Shown piece by piece: positions 9,253 through 19,235 of a DNA stretch of 64,000 bases. A model generated the notes under the pieces. The model worked only from the letters and a program-made list of their open reading frames with translations, was not told the DNA's origin and made no database searches. This DNA is from an uncultured Gammaproteobacteria bacterium. Its GTDB lineage: Bacteria > Patescibacteriota > Microgenomatia > Levybacterales > GWA1-39-11. Every line of letters begins with the position of its first letter. Position 1 is the stretch's first letter. A program made the translations under genes and the position numbers. Location of the stretch: contig CAYPEN010000001.1 in assembly GCA_964409875.1 (NCBI GenBank), forward strand, positions 198,637-262,636, written 5' to 3'.

Positions 9253-10367
9253 AGCAAGGTTGGGAAATAAAGAAGTTGGGTGAAGTTTCAGAAATTCTGA
9301 ATGGTGGAACACCGAAAACAAATATTGCAGAATATTGGGACGATGATATTCATTGGATTACCCCTGCTGATTTAGGAAAGTTAACTAAACCAACAGTAGC
9401 AGATACTCCAAGAAAAATTTCAAGTTTAGGCTTAGAAAAATCGTCTGCAAAATTATTTCCTGAAAATTCAGTAATACTTTCAACGAGAGCTCCAATTGGA
9501 CATTTGGCAATCAATGTAGTTCCTATGAGCACTAATCAAGGGTGTCGTGGAATTGTGCCAAGTAAAAAACTTGATACTTGGTATTTATATTACTTCCTTA
9601 AAAAGAATGTAGAGTTACTTGATAGTTTGGGAACAGGAGCAACCTTTAAAGAGCTTTCAACAAAAGCACTTTCAGGGGTTGAGATCCCCCTTCCCCCTCT
9701 CCCCGAACAACAACGCATTGTTTCTATATTAGATGAAGCCTTTGCCGCCATCACATCGGCAAAAGCAAATGTACAAAAAAACCTCAACAACGCCAAAGAA
9801 CTTTTTGAAAGCTACTTGCAGGGAGTGTTTGAGAATAAGGGTGATGGTTGGGAAGAGAAAAGATTTGATGAAGTCTGTGTTTTGCAAAGGGGATTTGACC
9901 TACCAACTCATTCAAGATTTGAAGGAGATTATCCTTTGGTAAGTTCTAATGGAATTACAGACAATATAAATCAATGGAAAGTTAAAGCGCCAGGTGTTGT
10001 TACAGGTCGTTCAGGCACAATTGGCAATGTTCATTTTATTGAGGAAGATTTTTGGCCACTCAACACAGCACTTTTCATTAAAGATTTTCACGGAAATGAT
10101 GAACGCTTTATTTATTATTTCTTAACGTCTTTTGATTTGAGTAGATATAGCTCAGGAGCAGGTGTACCGACTTTAAATAGAAATAATGTTCACAGCGTAA
10201 GAGTTTGTGTTCCAAAATCAAAAGAAGAACAACAAATCATTGTCAGTCAATTAGATGCCCTGCGAGCGGAAACACAAAAGTTGGAAGCGGTATATCAAAA
10301 GAAAATAGCTGATTTGGAAGAACTGAAAAAATCCATTTTACATAAAGCATTTTCTGGAGAATTATAA
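9249..10367 (+). CDS. hsdS: type I RM specificity subunit S
   Basis: Two TRDs with PLPPLPEQQRIV / EEQQIIV conserved repeats; ends KAFSGEL. Confidence 0.95.
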   Translation: MKQGWEIKKLGEVSEILNGGTPKTNIAEYWDDDIHWITPADLGKLTKPTVADTPRKISSLGLEKSSAKLFPENSVILSTRAPIGHLAINVVPMSTNQGCRGIVPSKKLDTWYLYYFLKKNVELLDSLGTGATFKELSTKALSGVEIPLPPLPEQQRIVSILDEAFAAITSAKANVQKNLNNAKELFESYLQGVFENKGDGWEEKRFDEVCVLQRGFDLPTHSRFEGDYPLVSSNGITDNINQWKVKAPGVVTGRSGTIGNVHFIEEDFWPLNTALFIKDFHGNDERFIYYFLTSFDLSRYSSGAGVPTLNRNNVHSVRVCVPKSKEEQQIIVSQLDALRAETQKLEAVYQKKIADLEELKKSILHKAFSGEL

Positions 10368-10369
10368 GG

Positions 10370-10443
10370 TTTGTATACATTCATTGACTAAATGTATACA
10401 AACTGGTATACTTTGTATACATTCACAAAAAGATGTAAACAAA
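10370..10443 (+). promoter_or_regulatory. promoter with two palindromic operators upstream of the Fic gene
   Basis: TTGACT 10385 and TGGTATACT 10404-10412; TTTGTATACAT..ATGTA(T/A)ACAAA occurs twice. Confidence 0.65.
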
Positions 10444-10445
10444 CT

Positions 10446-11585
10446 ATGGATATCAACATTGGAACACTGAAAGAACAAAAAGAGGGGTTTAAGGCTTTTA
10501 TTCCATATACATTTCCTCCCGAAAAAGGTTTTGAATTTACTCCAAGAATAATTAAAAAAGATAATGAAGCGACACGACTTTTAGGTAAGCTTGATGGTAT
10601 CACCAAGTTATTACCTGATGCTGATTTCTTCTTGCTCATGTATCTGCGCAAAGATGCTGCTTCTTCAAGTCAAATAGAGGGAACTATGGCTACCATGGTA
10701 GATGCGATTGAGGCAGAGGTAAACGTAAGCACTAATATCCCGGAGGATGTAGATGACATTTTGCATTACATACAAGCATTAAATTACGGTATAAAACGCG
10801 TTACTTCTGATGATTTTCCAATAAATCTTCGATTTGTTAGAGAACTTCACTTGAAACTTATGAAAGGCGCGCGCGCTACTCATTTTAGTGATCCTGGGGA
10901 ATTTAGAAAAAGTCAGAACTGGATTCAAGGAACAAGGCCCGACAATGCACATTTTGTGCCTCCTCCGGTTGATGAAATGCATCGTGCGCTGAATGAGTTA
11001 GAGGCCTTTATACATGCTGAAGACACAACTCCAACTGTTATTAAAGCGGGGATTATTCATTCACAGTTTGAAACGATTCATCCTTTTCTTGATGGGAATG
11101 GAAGAACAGGTAGAATGTTGCTAACATTTTATCTTTGGAAGGAAGGATATTTAGAAAAGCCAGTACTTTTCTTATCATCTTACTTTAAAAAGCATCAAAA
11201 GCTTTATTACGAGAGGCTTGAAGGATACCATGAGGGCAAAATTGATAAATGGGTGGAATTTTTTCTCGATGGAGTTATTGAGATTGCAACTGAGGCAATC
11301 GGCATAGTTGATAAGATTACTGAATTAAGAGAGCGAGATATTTTAAAAATTCAGAGACTAGGTAAAAGGGCCTCTGAAAGCGCGGCTATGATACTGCCTA
11401 AGTTATATGGGCAACCAATCGTGAATGTCTCGACAGTGCGTGACTGGACAGGATTTACTAGAGCTGGTGCGCAACAGGTTATTGACCGTTTTATCGAAAT
11501 GGGAATACTTTCTCCAAAGGATAAGGATGTGAAGTATGGACAGTCATATATCTATAATGAATATATTCAAATATTTTCAAATTAG
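10446..11585 (+). CDS. Fic family protein with C-terminal HTH-like region
   Basis: HPFLDGNGRTGR catalytic motif; SSQIEG inhibitory-type motif. Confidence 0.93.
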   Translation: MDINIGTLKEQKEGFKAFIPYTFPPEKGFEFTPRIIKKDNEATRLLGKLDGITKLLPDADFFLLMYLRKDAASSSQIEGTMATMVDAIEAEVNVSTNIPEDVDDILHYIQALNYGIKRVTSDDFPINLRFVRELHLKLMKGARATHFSDPGEFRKSQNWIQGTRPDNAHFVPPPVDEMHRALNELEAFIHAEDTTPTVIKAGIIHSQFETIHPFLDGNGRTGRMLLTFYLWKEGYLEKPVLFLSSYFKKHQKLYYERLEGYHEGKIDKWVEFFLDGVIEIATEAIGIVDKITELRERDILKIQRLGKRASESAAMILPKLYGQPIVNVSTVRDWTGFTRAGAQQVIDRFIEMGILSPKDKDVKYGQSYIYNEYIQIFSN

Positions 11586-11587
11586 CT

Positions 11588-13897
11588 ATGAATGAATCAG
11601 AGACAAGAGCAGAATATATAGATCCAAAATTAAAGGAAAGCGGTTGGGGAGAGGTAGAGGGATCAAAAGTATTGCGAGAACACAGAATTACTGATGGAAG
11701 AATTCTCGTTGGTGGAGCACGCTCGAAGCCCGAAATCGCGGATTATGTTCTCGTGTATAAAAATCAAAAACTAGCCGTCATTGAAGCAAAGCAAATAGAT
11801 CTACCAGCAACGGAAGGTGTAGCGCAGGCAAAAGCATACGCTCATAAGATGCAACTTGAATATACCTATTCCACAAACGGTAAAGAAATTTACGAGATGA
11901 ACATGAAGACAGGGAAGGAATGGTATCTTGAGCGTTTTCCTACTCCTGATGAGTTATGGAATGCTTATTACTTTGACCAAAATGACTGGAAAGAAAAGTT
12001 TGCATCAATTCCAAGCGAAGGCGAATTAGGGAGAAGATATTATCAAGAAACAGCGATTAAAAATGTGCTTGATGCTATTGCGGAAGAAAAAAATAGAGTA
12101 CTTCTTACAATGGCAACCGGAACAGGTAAAACTGCCGTAGCCTTTCAAATAGCTTGGAAACTATATCAAGCTAGATGGAATTTGCAAAGAGACGGAAATC
12201 GTAGGCCAAGAATTTTGTTTTTGGCTGATAGAAATATACTAGCCGATCAAGCATTTAATGCTTTTAGTGCGTTTTCAGAAGATGCATTAGTAAGAATAAA
12301 TCCTCTCGATATCAGGAAGAAGGGATCAGTCCCAACGAATGGAGCAGTGTTCTTTACGATATTTCAAACTTTTATGAGCGGACCTCAAAACACACCTTAT
12401 TTTGGTGAGTATCCACCTGATTTTTTTGATTTCATCATCATAGATGAATGTCATAGGGGAGGAGCAAATGATGAGGGCAACTGGAGAGGAATTTTGGAGT
12501 ACTTTTCACCCGCTGTGCAGCTTGGGCTTACAGCTACTCCGAAAAGAAAAGATAATGTCGATACTTATAGATATTTTGGAGAGCCTGTTTATACATATTC
12601 ACTAAAAGAAGGAATAGGTGATGGATTTCTGACACCATTTAAGGTTAAAAGGATTCAAACAACTCTTGATGAATACATATATACATCGGATGACGAGGTG
12701 GTAGAGGGGGAGATAGAAATGGGCAAGGTCTATACCGAGCCAGATTTTAATAGAATAATCGAGATAAAAGAGAGGGAGGCTAAAAGAGTCAAATTGATGT
12801 TAGAAAATATAAATCAAACAGAAAAAACTATAGTCTTTTGTGCCAATCAAGAGCATGCGTTAGCAGTCAGAGATCTTATAAATCAAATGAATGATGTGAA
12901 GGATCCATTTTATTGTGTAAGGGTTACTGCAAATGATGGGTTTCGAGGTGAGCAATATTTGAGAGAATTTCAGGATAACGAAAAAACTATTCCAACTATT
13001 CTAACTACTTCTCAAAAACTTTCCACTGGTGTTGATGCGAGAAATATCCGAAATATTGTTCTTATGCGACCAATTAATAATATGATTGAATTCAAACAAA
13101 TAATTGGACGGGGCACAAGGCTATTTGACGGTAAAGAATATTTTACTATTATTGATTTTGTAGATGCTTATAAAAATTTTCTTGACCCTGAATGGGACGG
13201 AGAACCTGTTGATCCTGAACCTCCCAGACCTCCTGGTCCTACACCGCTACCACCTAGGCCATGTCCGGTTTGTGGGCAAGCTCCATGTATCTGTGACAAA
13301 GTAGAACCAAAACAGAAAATTAAAATAAAACTTCGTGACGGAAAAGAGCGCGAAATTCAACACATGATTTCCACGTCTTATTGGGGAGCTGATGGTAAGC
13401 CTATGTCTTCAGAAGAATTTATTTACAATTTGTACGGAATATTACCTGACTTTTTTAAAGATGAAGAAGAATTGAGGAAAATATGGTCAAATCCAACAAC
13501 ACGAAGTAAGTTTCTCGAGCGATTTTTTGATATGGGAATTGATATTGAGCAAATCGAAAACCTTTCAAAAATTGTAAGCGGTGAGGATAGTGATTTTTAT
13601 GATGTCTTGCTATTTTTAGCCTACCATAAACCATTAATTACCCGTAAAAAACGAGTTGAAAAAAATAAAAGCGAGATTTTGGAAGGGTTAAATGAAAATG
13701 AGTCAGAATTCCTTAATTTTGTGTTGAGAAAATATGAAGATGATGGGTTTGAGGAACTATCTGAAGAAAAATTGCCAGTTCTTCTAAACTTAAAATATCA
13801 AGCTATTGCGGATGCAGAACAAAAATTGGGAGATGTAGAAAAAATAAGAAATACTTTTTTTGAATTTCAAAAAAAATTATATTCAAACATTCAATAG
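11588..13897 (+). CDS. hsdR: type I RM restriction subunit R (EcoEI-like)
   Basis: ADYVL..IEAK nuclease; MATGTGKT, DECHR, GLTATP and QIIGRGTR helicase motifs. Confidence 0.95.
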   Translation: MNESETRAEYIDPKLKESGWGEVEGSKVLREHRITDGRILVGGARSKPEIADYVLVYKNQKLAVIEAKQIDLPATEGVAQAKAYAHKMQLEYTYSTNGKEIYEMNMKTGKEWYLERFPTPDELWNAYYFDQNDWKEKFASIPSEGELGRRYYQETAIKNVLDAIAEEKNRVLLTMATGTGKTAVAFQIAWKLYQARWNLQRDGNRRPRILFLADRNILADQAFNAFSAFSEDALVRINPLDIRKKGSVPTNGAVFFTIFQTFMSGPQNTPYFGEYPPDFFDFIIIDECHRGGANDEGNWRGILEYFSPAVQLGLTATPKRKDNVDTYRYFGEPVYTYSLKEGIGDGFLTPFKVKRIQTTLDEYIYTSDDEVVEGEIEMGKVYTEPDFNRIIEIKEREAKRVKLMLENINQTEKTIVFCANQEHALAVRDLINQMNDVKDPFYCVRVTANDGFRGEQYLREFQDNEKTIPTILTTSQKLSTGVDARNIRNIVLMRPINNMIEFKQIIGRGTRLFDGKEYFTIIDFVDAYKNFLDPEWDGEPVDPEPPRPPGPTPLPPRPCPVCGQAPCICDKVEPKQKIKIKLRDGKEREIQHMISTSYWGADGKPMSSEEFIYNLYGILPDFFKDEEELRKIWSNPTTRSKFLERFFDMGIDIEQIENLSKIVSGEDSDFYDVLLFLAYHKPLITRKKRVEKNKSEILEGLNENESEFLNFVLRKYEDDGFEELSEEKLPVLLNLKYQAIADAEQKLGDVEKIRNTFFEFQKKLYSNIQ

Positions 13898-13971
13898 CCC
13901 TACTATACTAAAATGGTGTGGAATTGGCCTCAATTGCTTTTGTTTTGTACCAGTAGTATACTTCACCTCAA

Positions 13972-14898
13972 ATGGCGTTGTTTAGAATAAATGGGAAAAA
14001 ATTAAGCCCTGTAAAGGAAATGGGGTTTGATTCTCAATTTAAAAAAGAGAAGGAACTCCAAAATTTTACAGAAAACAATCTTCAAGAACTTTTTGGTCTT
14101 GAATATATTGCTACTGAATTTAATATCGAGACTTTTTGGCTTGACTCTCTGGCATTTGATCCTGCTATCAATTCATTTGTAATCATAGAGTACAAAAAAG
14201 TCGAAAATTTCTCGCTTATGGATCAGGGGCAAACGTATTTGAATCTTGTGTTGGATCACAAGGCTGACGTTTTGCTGGAATATATTACAAAAACAGGAAA
14301 GACAATTGATAAAAAGAGTGTCGATTGGGGACAGACCAGAGTCATGTTCATTGGTCCAAAATTTAATACCTATCAAAAGAGAGCGTTAAGTCCAAATTTA
14401 CCATTTGAATTGTGGGAAGTTGGAATTTATGAGGGGGGACTTATAGAATATGATCAGATAATTCCCGTGGGTGGAGACAAAAAAGTTGAAAAGAGAACTG
14501 TTTCTCTTTCTGGTTCTGCGAGTAAGGAAATTAAAGTATATGCAGTAGAGGATCATCTAAAAAAATCCAACCAGAAAACACAAGATCTTTTTCAGACTAT
14601 CAGAGAGGAAATTTTTTCTTTGAATAGCAAAATTCAGGAAAAACCAGTTGGGAACTACATAGGTTATAAAGTAAATTGGTATAATTTTGCCTCGATCCAT
14701 TTTTACAAAGATTGGTTAAAAATTCATGTTAGAAAGGAAAAGTTGCAAAGTGATAAGGATGGTAGACTGACAAAAATACCCTCATCATATGGATGGGGTA
14801 AAACGCCGCTTTGGTGGATGGATGTTAAAAATGAAAAGGATGTGGAGTATGTATTACCAATAATTAAGGAGTCCTATGATGCATCGCCTGATAAGTAA
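13972..14898 (+). CDS. PD-(D/E)XK (NucS-like) nuclease fused to a DUF5655-like domain
   Basis: EKELQ..LDSLAFD..IIEYKK..QG..Y N-domain; C-terminal YIGYK..F..I domain. Confidence 0.75.
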   Translation: MALFRINGKKLSPVKEMGFDSQFKKEKELQNFTENNLQELFGLEYIATEFNIETFWLDSLAFDPAINSFVIIEYKKVENFSLMDQGQTYLNLVLDHKADVLLEYITKTGKTIDKKSVDWGQTRVMFIGPKFNTYQKRALSPNLPFELWEVGIYEGGLIEYDQIIPVGGDKKVEKRTVSLSGSASKEIKVYAVEDHLKKSNQKTQDLFQTIREEIFSLNSKIQEKPVGNYIGYKVNWYNFASIHFYKDWLKIHVRKEKLQSDKDGRLTKIPSSYGWGKTPLWWMDVKNEKDVEYVLPIIKESYDASPDK

Positions 14899-14904
14899 AT
14901 AAAT

Positions 14905-15663
14905 ATGTCTCAGTACTATAATCCCATCAGAACACGGAATTTGTTTGATCCCAGCTCTTCCGAGCCGTTTCGACTGAGCCGTTCAAAAATCGACCTTTTT
15001 GTAAAGTGTCCCAGGTGCTTTTATATGGATAGGAGGTTGGGAATAGGGCAGCCGCCAGGATATCCTTTTTCTTTAAATTCTGCAGTCGATGCACTTCTCA
15101 AAAAAGAGTTTGATATGCACCGCGCAAACGGCACGCGGCATCCATTGTGTGAAAAGTATGGAATCAACGCAATTCCCTATGCTCACGAGAAAATTGATGA
15201 GTGGAGAGACTCGTTACGACGGGGAATTACTGTCCCAATTGACGGCACTTCGGTAGTTGTAACAGGAGGAGTAGATGACGTTTGGCATGAAAATGGCGAG
15301 CTTATTATCGTTGATTACAAAGCAACGTCAAAAAAAGAAGAAGTAACACTGGATGCAGAGTGGCAAGATGGGTACAAAAGGCAGATGGAAATCTATCAGT
15401 GGCTGTTCCGAAAGAATGGTTTTAACGTTTCTAAAACAGGATATTTTGTGTACTGTAATGGAGACACCGATAAAGAGGCTTTTGATGGGAAGCTGGAGTT
15501 TGAAATAAAACTAATTCCCTATGTTGGTGATGACTCATGGGTCGAGGGAAAAATTTTGGAAGCAATCGAATATCTAAAAAGTGATACCATCCCTGAGAGC
15601 GGGGCGGATTGTGACTTTTGCGCGTATAGAAAAGCCGCGGCAAGTGCAGAATCCAGGGAGTAG
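14905..15663 (+). CDS. PD-(D/E)XK RecB/Cas4-like nuclease
   Basis: LSRSKI..CPRC, GGVDD, IVDYK, QMEIY and CDFC motifs. Confidence 0.85.
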   Translation: MSQYYNPIRTRNLFDPSSSEPFRLSRSKIDLFVKCPRCFYMDRRLGIGQPPGYPFSLNSAVDALLKKEFDMHRANGTRHPLCEKYGINAIPYAHEKIDEWRDSLRRGITVPIDGTSVVVTGGVDDVWHENGELIIVDYKATSKKEEVTLDAEWQDGYKRQMEIYQWLFRKNGFNVSKTGYFVYCNGDTDKEAFDGKLEFEIKLIPYVGDDSWVEGKILEAIEYLKSDTIPESGADCDFCAYRKAAASAESRE

Positions 15664-15769
15664 TAACGGGACTGGTCCGCAAATTCCAAATTTCTCTACC
15701 AAAATCCTTTGATTGAGGTAACTATTGCGTCGGATTATTTTTCAATATAAAAGTTGTGGGTGGGAAAAT

Positions 15770-15799
15770 GCCCCCCGGAGCCTTGCGGCTCCGGGGGGC
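15770..15799 (-). terminator. GC-rich hairpin, probable intrinsic terminator
   Basis: 13-bp perfect stem, GCAA loop on minus, followed by ATTTT, just after the stop at 15809. Confidence 0.7.
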
Positions 15800-15808
15800 G
15801 AATGCGCC

Positions 15809-16171
15809 TTACTGGCGCGACGTCTGGGTCCTGCTTTCGGACCTTTTCCTCGCTAGCCATTCGGCTATCTGCTCACCTGTGAACGTGAAGCCCGCGTCGT
15901 GCGGGAATCCGGCGATGACCTCCTCTTTGAAATACCGCACATACGGATACAGTTGATCCCTAAGTACATCTGGATTCACACCCGGTGCAAGACCGAGGTG
16001 ATCGCAGAGGATTGAAAGTGCCAGGGCGTAAGGCCCGGCTCCTCCATATCCCCACTCGAACCCGTTATCCGGGTCGCCGTACTGGTCGTAGTTGAAGAGT
16101 TTTTGGCCATTGACCTTGACTTCATCAACCCAGGCACCGTCGCGGGTGCCCACGTAAATCTTACCGGACAA
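15809..16171 (-). CDS. DUF6166-like phage-associated protein
   Basis: GFEWGYGGAGPYALALSIL motif; TTG start with GGAG; GC-rich. Confidence 0.75.
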   Translation of the reverse strand: MSGKIYVGTRDGAWVDEVKVNGQKLFNYDQYGDPDNGFEWGYGGAGPYALALSILCDHLGLAPGVNPDVLRDQLYPYVRYFKEEVIAGFPHDAGFTFTGEQIAEWLARKRSESRTQTSRQ

Positions 16172-16398
16172 GCTACACTCCTAAGTCAGATAGGGAGGAT
16201 TATAGCAAATGCTAGGTTCAAAATCAAACTATAAGATAAAATTTACCCATGCGGGAGAGTCGGCTAGCATGTTTAAATAGGAAAATTCGGGCGCGCTTCC
16301 TTGAACTGTAAATCCAATCACACAGAATGCCATGTTTAAAATTTAAAAGCACAAATTCTGAAAATGGCAAGTACACACTAACAATCGACGGTACGAAG

Positions 16399-16782
16399 TT
16401 ATGCAGGTTTTGTGTGGGATTTGAGCCATGAAGAAATTTCCTCCAGAGATAGATTTCGATTATCAACATTTATGGCAAACTCCACCTCTTCATCATGAGA
16501 ATTTATAAGTTGATATCCATTTATTTTGAGAAAAATTCCGGCAGAGGTAAGTGCTGTCCTTTTATTCCCATCAACAAACGGGTGGTTTTTTAGAAGAGAT
16601 TGAAGAAGAGCTGCAGCTTTGGAGAAAATATCAGGATACATTTCTTGCCCGTCATATGTAGTCTGAGGTCTAGCCACAGCCGATTCCAAAAGTCCTAAAT
16701 CTCTCAACCCATGAGAACCTCCAAATTTTTTTATCATCTGGTCATGAATAGCTAAAATTTGGTGAGGAGTAAGGTATTTCAA
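16399..16782 (-). CDS. doc: death-on-curing (Doc/Fic) toxin
   Basis: GLRDLGLLESAVARP; NHPFVDGNKRTA. Confidence 0.93.
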   Translation of the reverse strand: MKYLTPHQILAIHDQMIKKFGGSHGLRDLGLLESAVARPQTTYDGQEMYPDIFSKAAALLQSLLKNHPFVDGNKRTALTSAGIFLKINGYQLINSHDEEVEFAINVDNRNLSLEEISSWLKSHTKPA

Positions 16783-17015
16783 CGGTTGGAAAGAGCTTGT
16801 AAAACATCTTTGTGCTCTTCTACAAACTCATCAACCATTTTCATGAATTTTGCGTCGACTCCTGAGTCTTTTGATGCTTGTGGCGTGATGGTGATTTTCT
16901 TGTTTTTTTCTTCCACGATAACTTTATCTCCAGGCTTGATACCTGCAGATGCAAGAACTTTTTGAGGTATGATAATCCCTTGTGAATTTCCAATTTTTAT
17001 AACTGTCTGTTCCAT
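16779..17015 (-). CDS. AbrB/MazE-type antitoxin
   Basis: KIGNSQGIIIP..GIKPGD motif; 4-nt overlap with the toxin; TTGACA promoter at 17052. Confidence 0.9.
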   Translation of the reverse strand: MEQTVIKIGNSQGIIIPQKVLASAGIKPGDKVIVEEKNKKITITPQASKDSGVDAKFMKMVDEFVEEHKDVLQALSNR

Positions 17016-17568
17016 GTTATTACATGTTATAACGTATTTGTGGCAATGTCAAGGTTTTGTTGGAGCTGAAACTATATTTTCAAAAGCTCTGATGTTGTTA
17101 ATACTTTCCTATCGGTGAAAGTATTCAAAGCCTCTGCCAAATTCTATTTCTTGATACTTTTGTATCGCCAAAAGTATCCAAAAACTCTTTGCTATGCTGT
17201 TCTTTTCTGCCGAAAAAAGAACCAAAAACTCTCGTCGAGGAGCAGTCTTGAACGTTCGGTTTTTCCTTCATTCACTCAAAATACCGGACTTCGCCTTTCT
17301 ATTTTGCCCGTAAAGCGGTCGTTCATTCAGTCAAAATCTCAAGTTCAGACCTGCAATCGACGAATAAAAAAAGGGAACTTTGCAGATTCTGAAAATGGCA
17401 ACCTGAAGCAAATTTTAACGCGCTTCCTTGAACTGTAAATCCAATCGCACAGAATGCCATGTTTAAAATTTAAAAGTGCAGATTCTGAAAAGGGCAAATT
17501 CATGAGAGGCGCGTTGTCTTGAACAGTAAATTTAGCGCGTCAAGTTGTGTGTTATAATCTGTGGCATT

Positions 17569-17901
17569 ATGGTTTCACGTATTGAAATCCGTCCTGAAGG
17601 GTGTGATTGGACTTTTGAGCGGGGAATCATGGCCGGCGAATCATGTGGAATTTCAAATCCCTTGATGGATGGAGGAGAGGAGTTAATTGTTGTAATCTGT
17701 GATGAAAATGATTTGACAACTACCGTAACCCGTCTTTTTGAGGATGAATTTTTTGAAGATAGTAAAACGGGTGAAATTTGCTTTGAAAAAGATCCTGTTG
17801 CAGTGCTTAAATTAGGCGACCCTCATTACATCACCTCTATCCAGTCTCAATTAAACTCGGACAAAATCGGCCTTCGTATTTCCCACCAAAATGTTTTCTA
17901 G
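17569..17901 (+). CDS. hypothetical protein
   Basis: Acidic ORF downstream of TATAAT 17553. Confidence 0.55.
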   Translation: MVSRIEIRPEGCDWTFERGIMAGESCGISNPLMDGGEELIVVICDENDLTTTVTRLFEDEFFEDSKTGEICFEKDPVAVLKLGDPHYITSIQSQLNSDKIGLRISHQNVF

Positions 17902-17958
17902 CAATTTTTAGCGCATTTTTTCTGGAATTTTTGACTATTAAGATGTACAATCACCCTC

Positions 17959-18606
17959 GTGTCAGAATTTGATATCACTATACGGGCAAAAAACAGGGAA
18001 GCGGCTACTGCATTGGAAAGGGTCGTTGCTGCTAACCCTGACAATTTCGTGCATATGGGAACGGTTATGGTGCCGGGTATTCCGTATGAATTGGAAGGAG
18101 AAGGATCTCTTTTTGACCCCGTCAAAGAGTATTTGAATGAAAATCCCACAATTACCGTTCATGATTTGAAGCACAACAGCCAAAAAACTTGGGAAGAGCA
18201 AGTAAGGGATTTGGGGGCCATGATATTGCTCTCTGAGCGGGCGCTTACCGAAGGAAATGAAGTAGCAAGGGAGGGGATGATGGGATTGTATAACGGAAAA
18301 AGCAAAGGTATTCCGACAAAAATACGCATAAATAAAAGGGGCGAACGGATAGATTTCAATATGTTCCAAAGAGGGGTAATTGACATTTTTAAGGCATCCT
18401 TTCAAGCATATGCTAAAGAGCCCGAACTTCCCAAAAAACGGCCGTCAAGGTTTGTTATGAGGCCGAGCGAAGTGAGAATTTTGATCGAAAATGTTGGCCT
18501 TGCAGGAGAAAAGTTGCCGTTTTCTGAAATTGTGGAATCTGAAGGGGTTAAGCAGCTCGCAACACAAAAATCGAGCGCAATTACACGGATCGGGTGGAAT
18601 CTGTAG
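17959..18606 (+). CDS. hypothetical protein
   Basis: 215 aa; TACAAT 7 nt before GTG. Confidence 0.65.
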   Translation: MSEFDITIRAKNREAATALERVVAANPDNFVHMGTVMVPGIPYELEGEGSLFDPVKEYLNENPTITVHDLKHNSQKTWEEQVRDLGAMILLSERALTEGNEVAREGMMGLYNGKSKGIPTKIRINKRGERIDFNMFQRGVIDIFKASFQAYAKEPELPKKRPSRFVMRPSEVRILIENVGLAGEKLPFSEIVESEGVKQLATQKSSAITRIGWNL

Positions 18607-18885
18607 TAAACGTGAAAATTAGGGGGATATATAGTAAACCAAAATTCCTCAATTAATTCAATAAGAAATATCACAGTTTTTCCCTTTGCTATTTGCTAAA
18701 TTAAATTCCGATGGGGGAACGGTTAAAATATCAGAGATGGAAAGAGGGCGTTGAGCCTCTTCCTACCACCCCCCAAGAAGACTTTTTGCACCGGATGACA
18801 CTTTTTTATCCTGCAGAACGTTCTGCTGCCGAACAAGCTCATCCAACAGGACAACTTCAGACTCTATTGAATGGCAAAAGCCAGA

Positions 18886-19209
18886 CTATCCGTTAGCATT
18901 TTGACCTAGCTGGTTTTTTAAATAAGGACATTGGGTAAGGCGGGTTTTTAATAGCTGTTCTGAAACGATGCTCTCTTGAGTCCGTGCTTCCGCCTCAAAA
19001 GTTGATTTTATCTCCTCAACCGTCGGCGCGGCGATAGCCGGAAAACGTATTTCAACCCCCAGTGCCAGGGGGCATGCTGTGACGTCGCAAAATACGTCGG
19101 CAGTATTGACACGGAATTTTTGTGGGCCGAAATTTTTACTGTCATTTATCCTGAGTCTTGCATCAGCATAATCAAGTCCACAACTTCCTACTTCCAGTTC
19201 TTTTGGCAT
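18886..19209 (-). CDS. hypothetical protein
   Basis: 107-aa ORF; TACAAT-type -10 just upstream. Confidence 0.55.
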   Translation of the reverse strand: MPKELEVGSCGLDYADARLRINDSKNFGPQKFRVNTADVFCDVTACPLALGVEIRFPAIAAPTVEEIKSTFEAEARTQESIVSEQLLKTRLTQCPYLKNQLGQNANG

Positions 19210-19235
19210 AGCGCTTTATTGTACCAAAAAATTTT

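Larger units (their letters stand above)
16292..17497 (+). repeat. 79-bp direct repeats (16292-16370, 17419-17497) flanking the TA module
   Basis: 74/79 identical by manual alignment; partial copies at 17381-17400 and 17510-17531. Confidence 0.85.

Noticed and set aside
9249-10367. Phase-variable hsdS shufflon
   Set aside because: Single hsdS, no invertase and no flanking inverted repeats seen.
14905-15663. CRISPR-associated cas4
   Set aside because: No cas1/cas2 or array; solo PD-(D/E)XK nucleases of this type are common.
17115-17438. 107-aa ORF between the TA module and the repeat
   Set aside because: Runs into the non-coding repeat, has atypical composition and no start signals.
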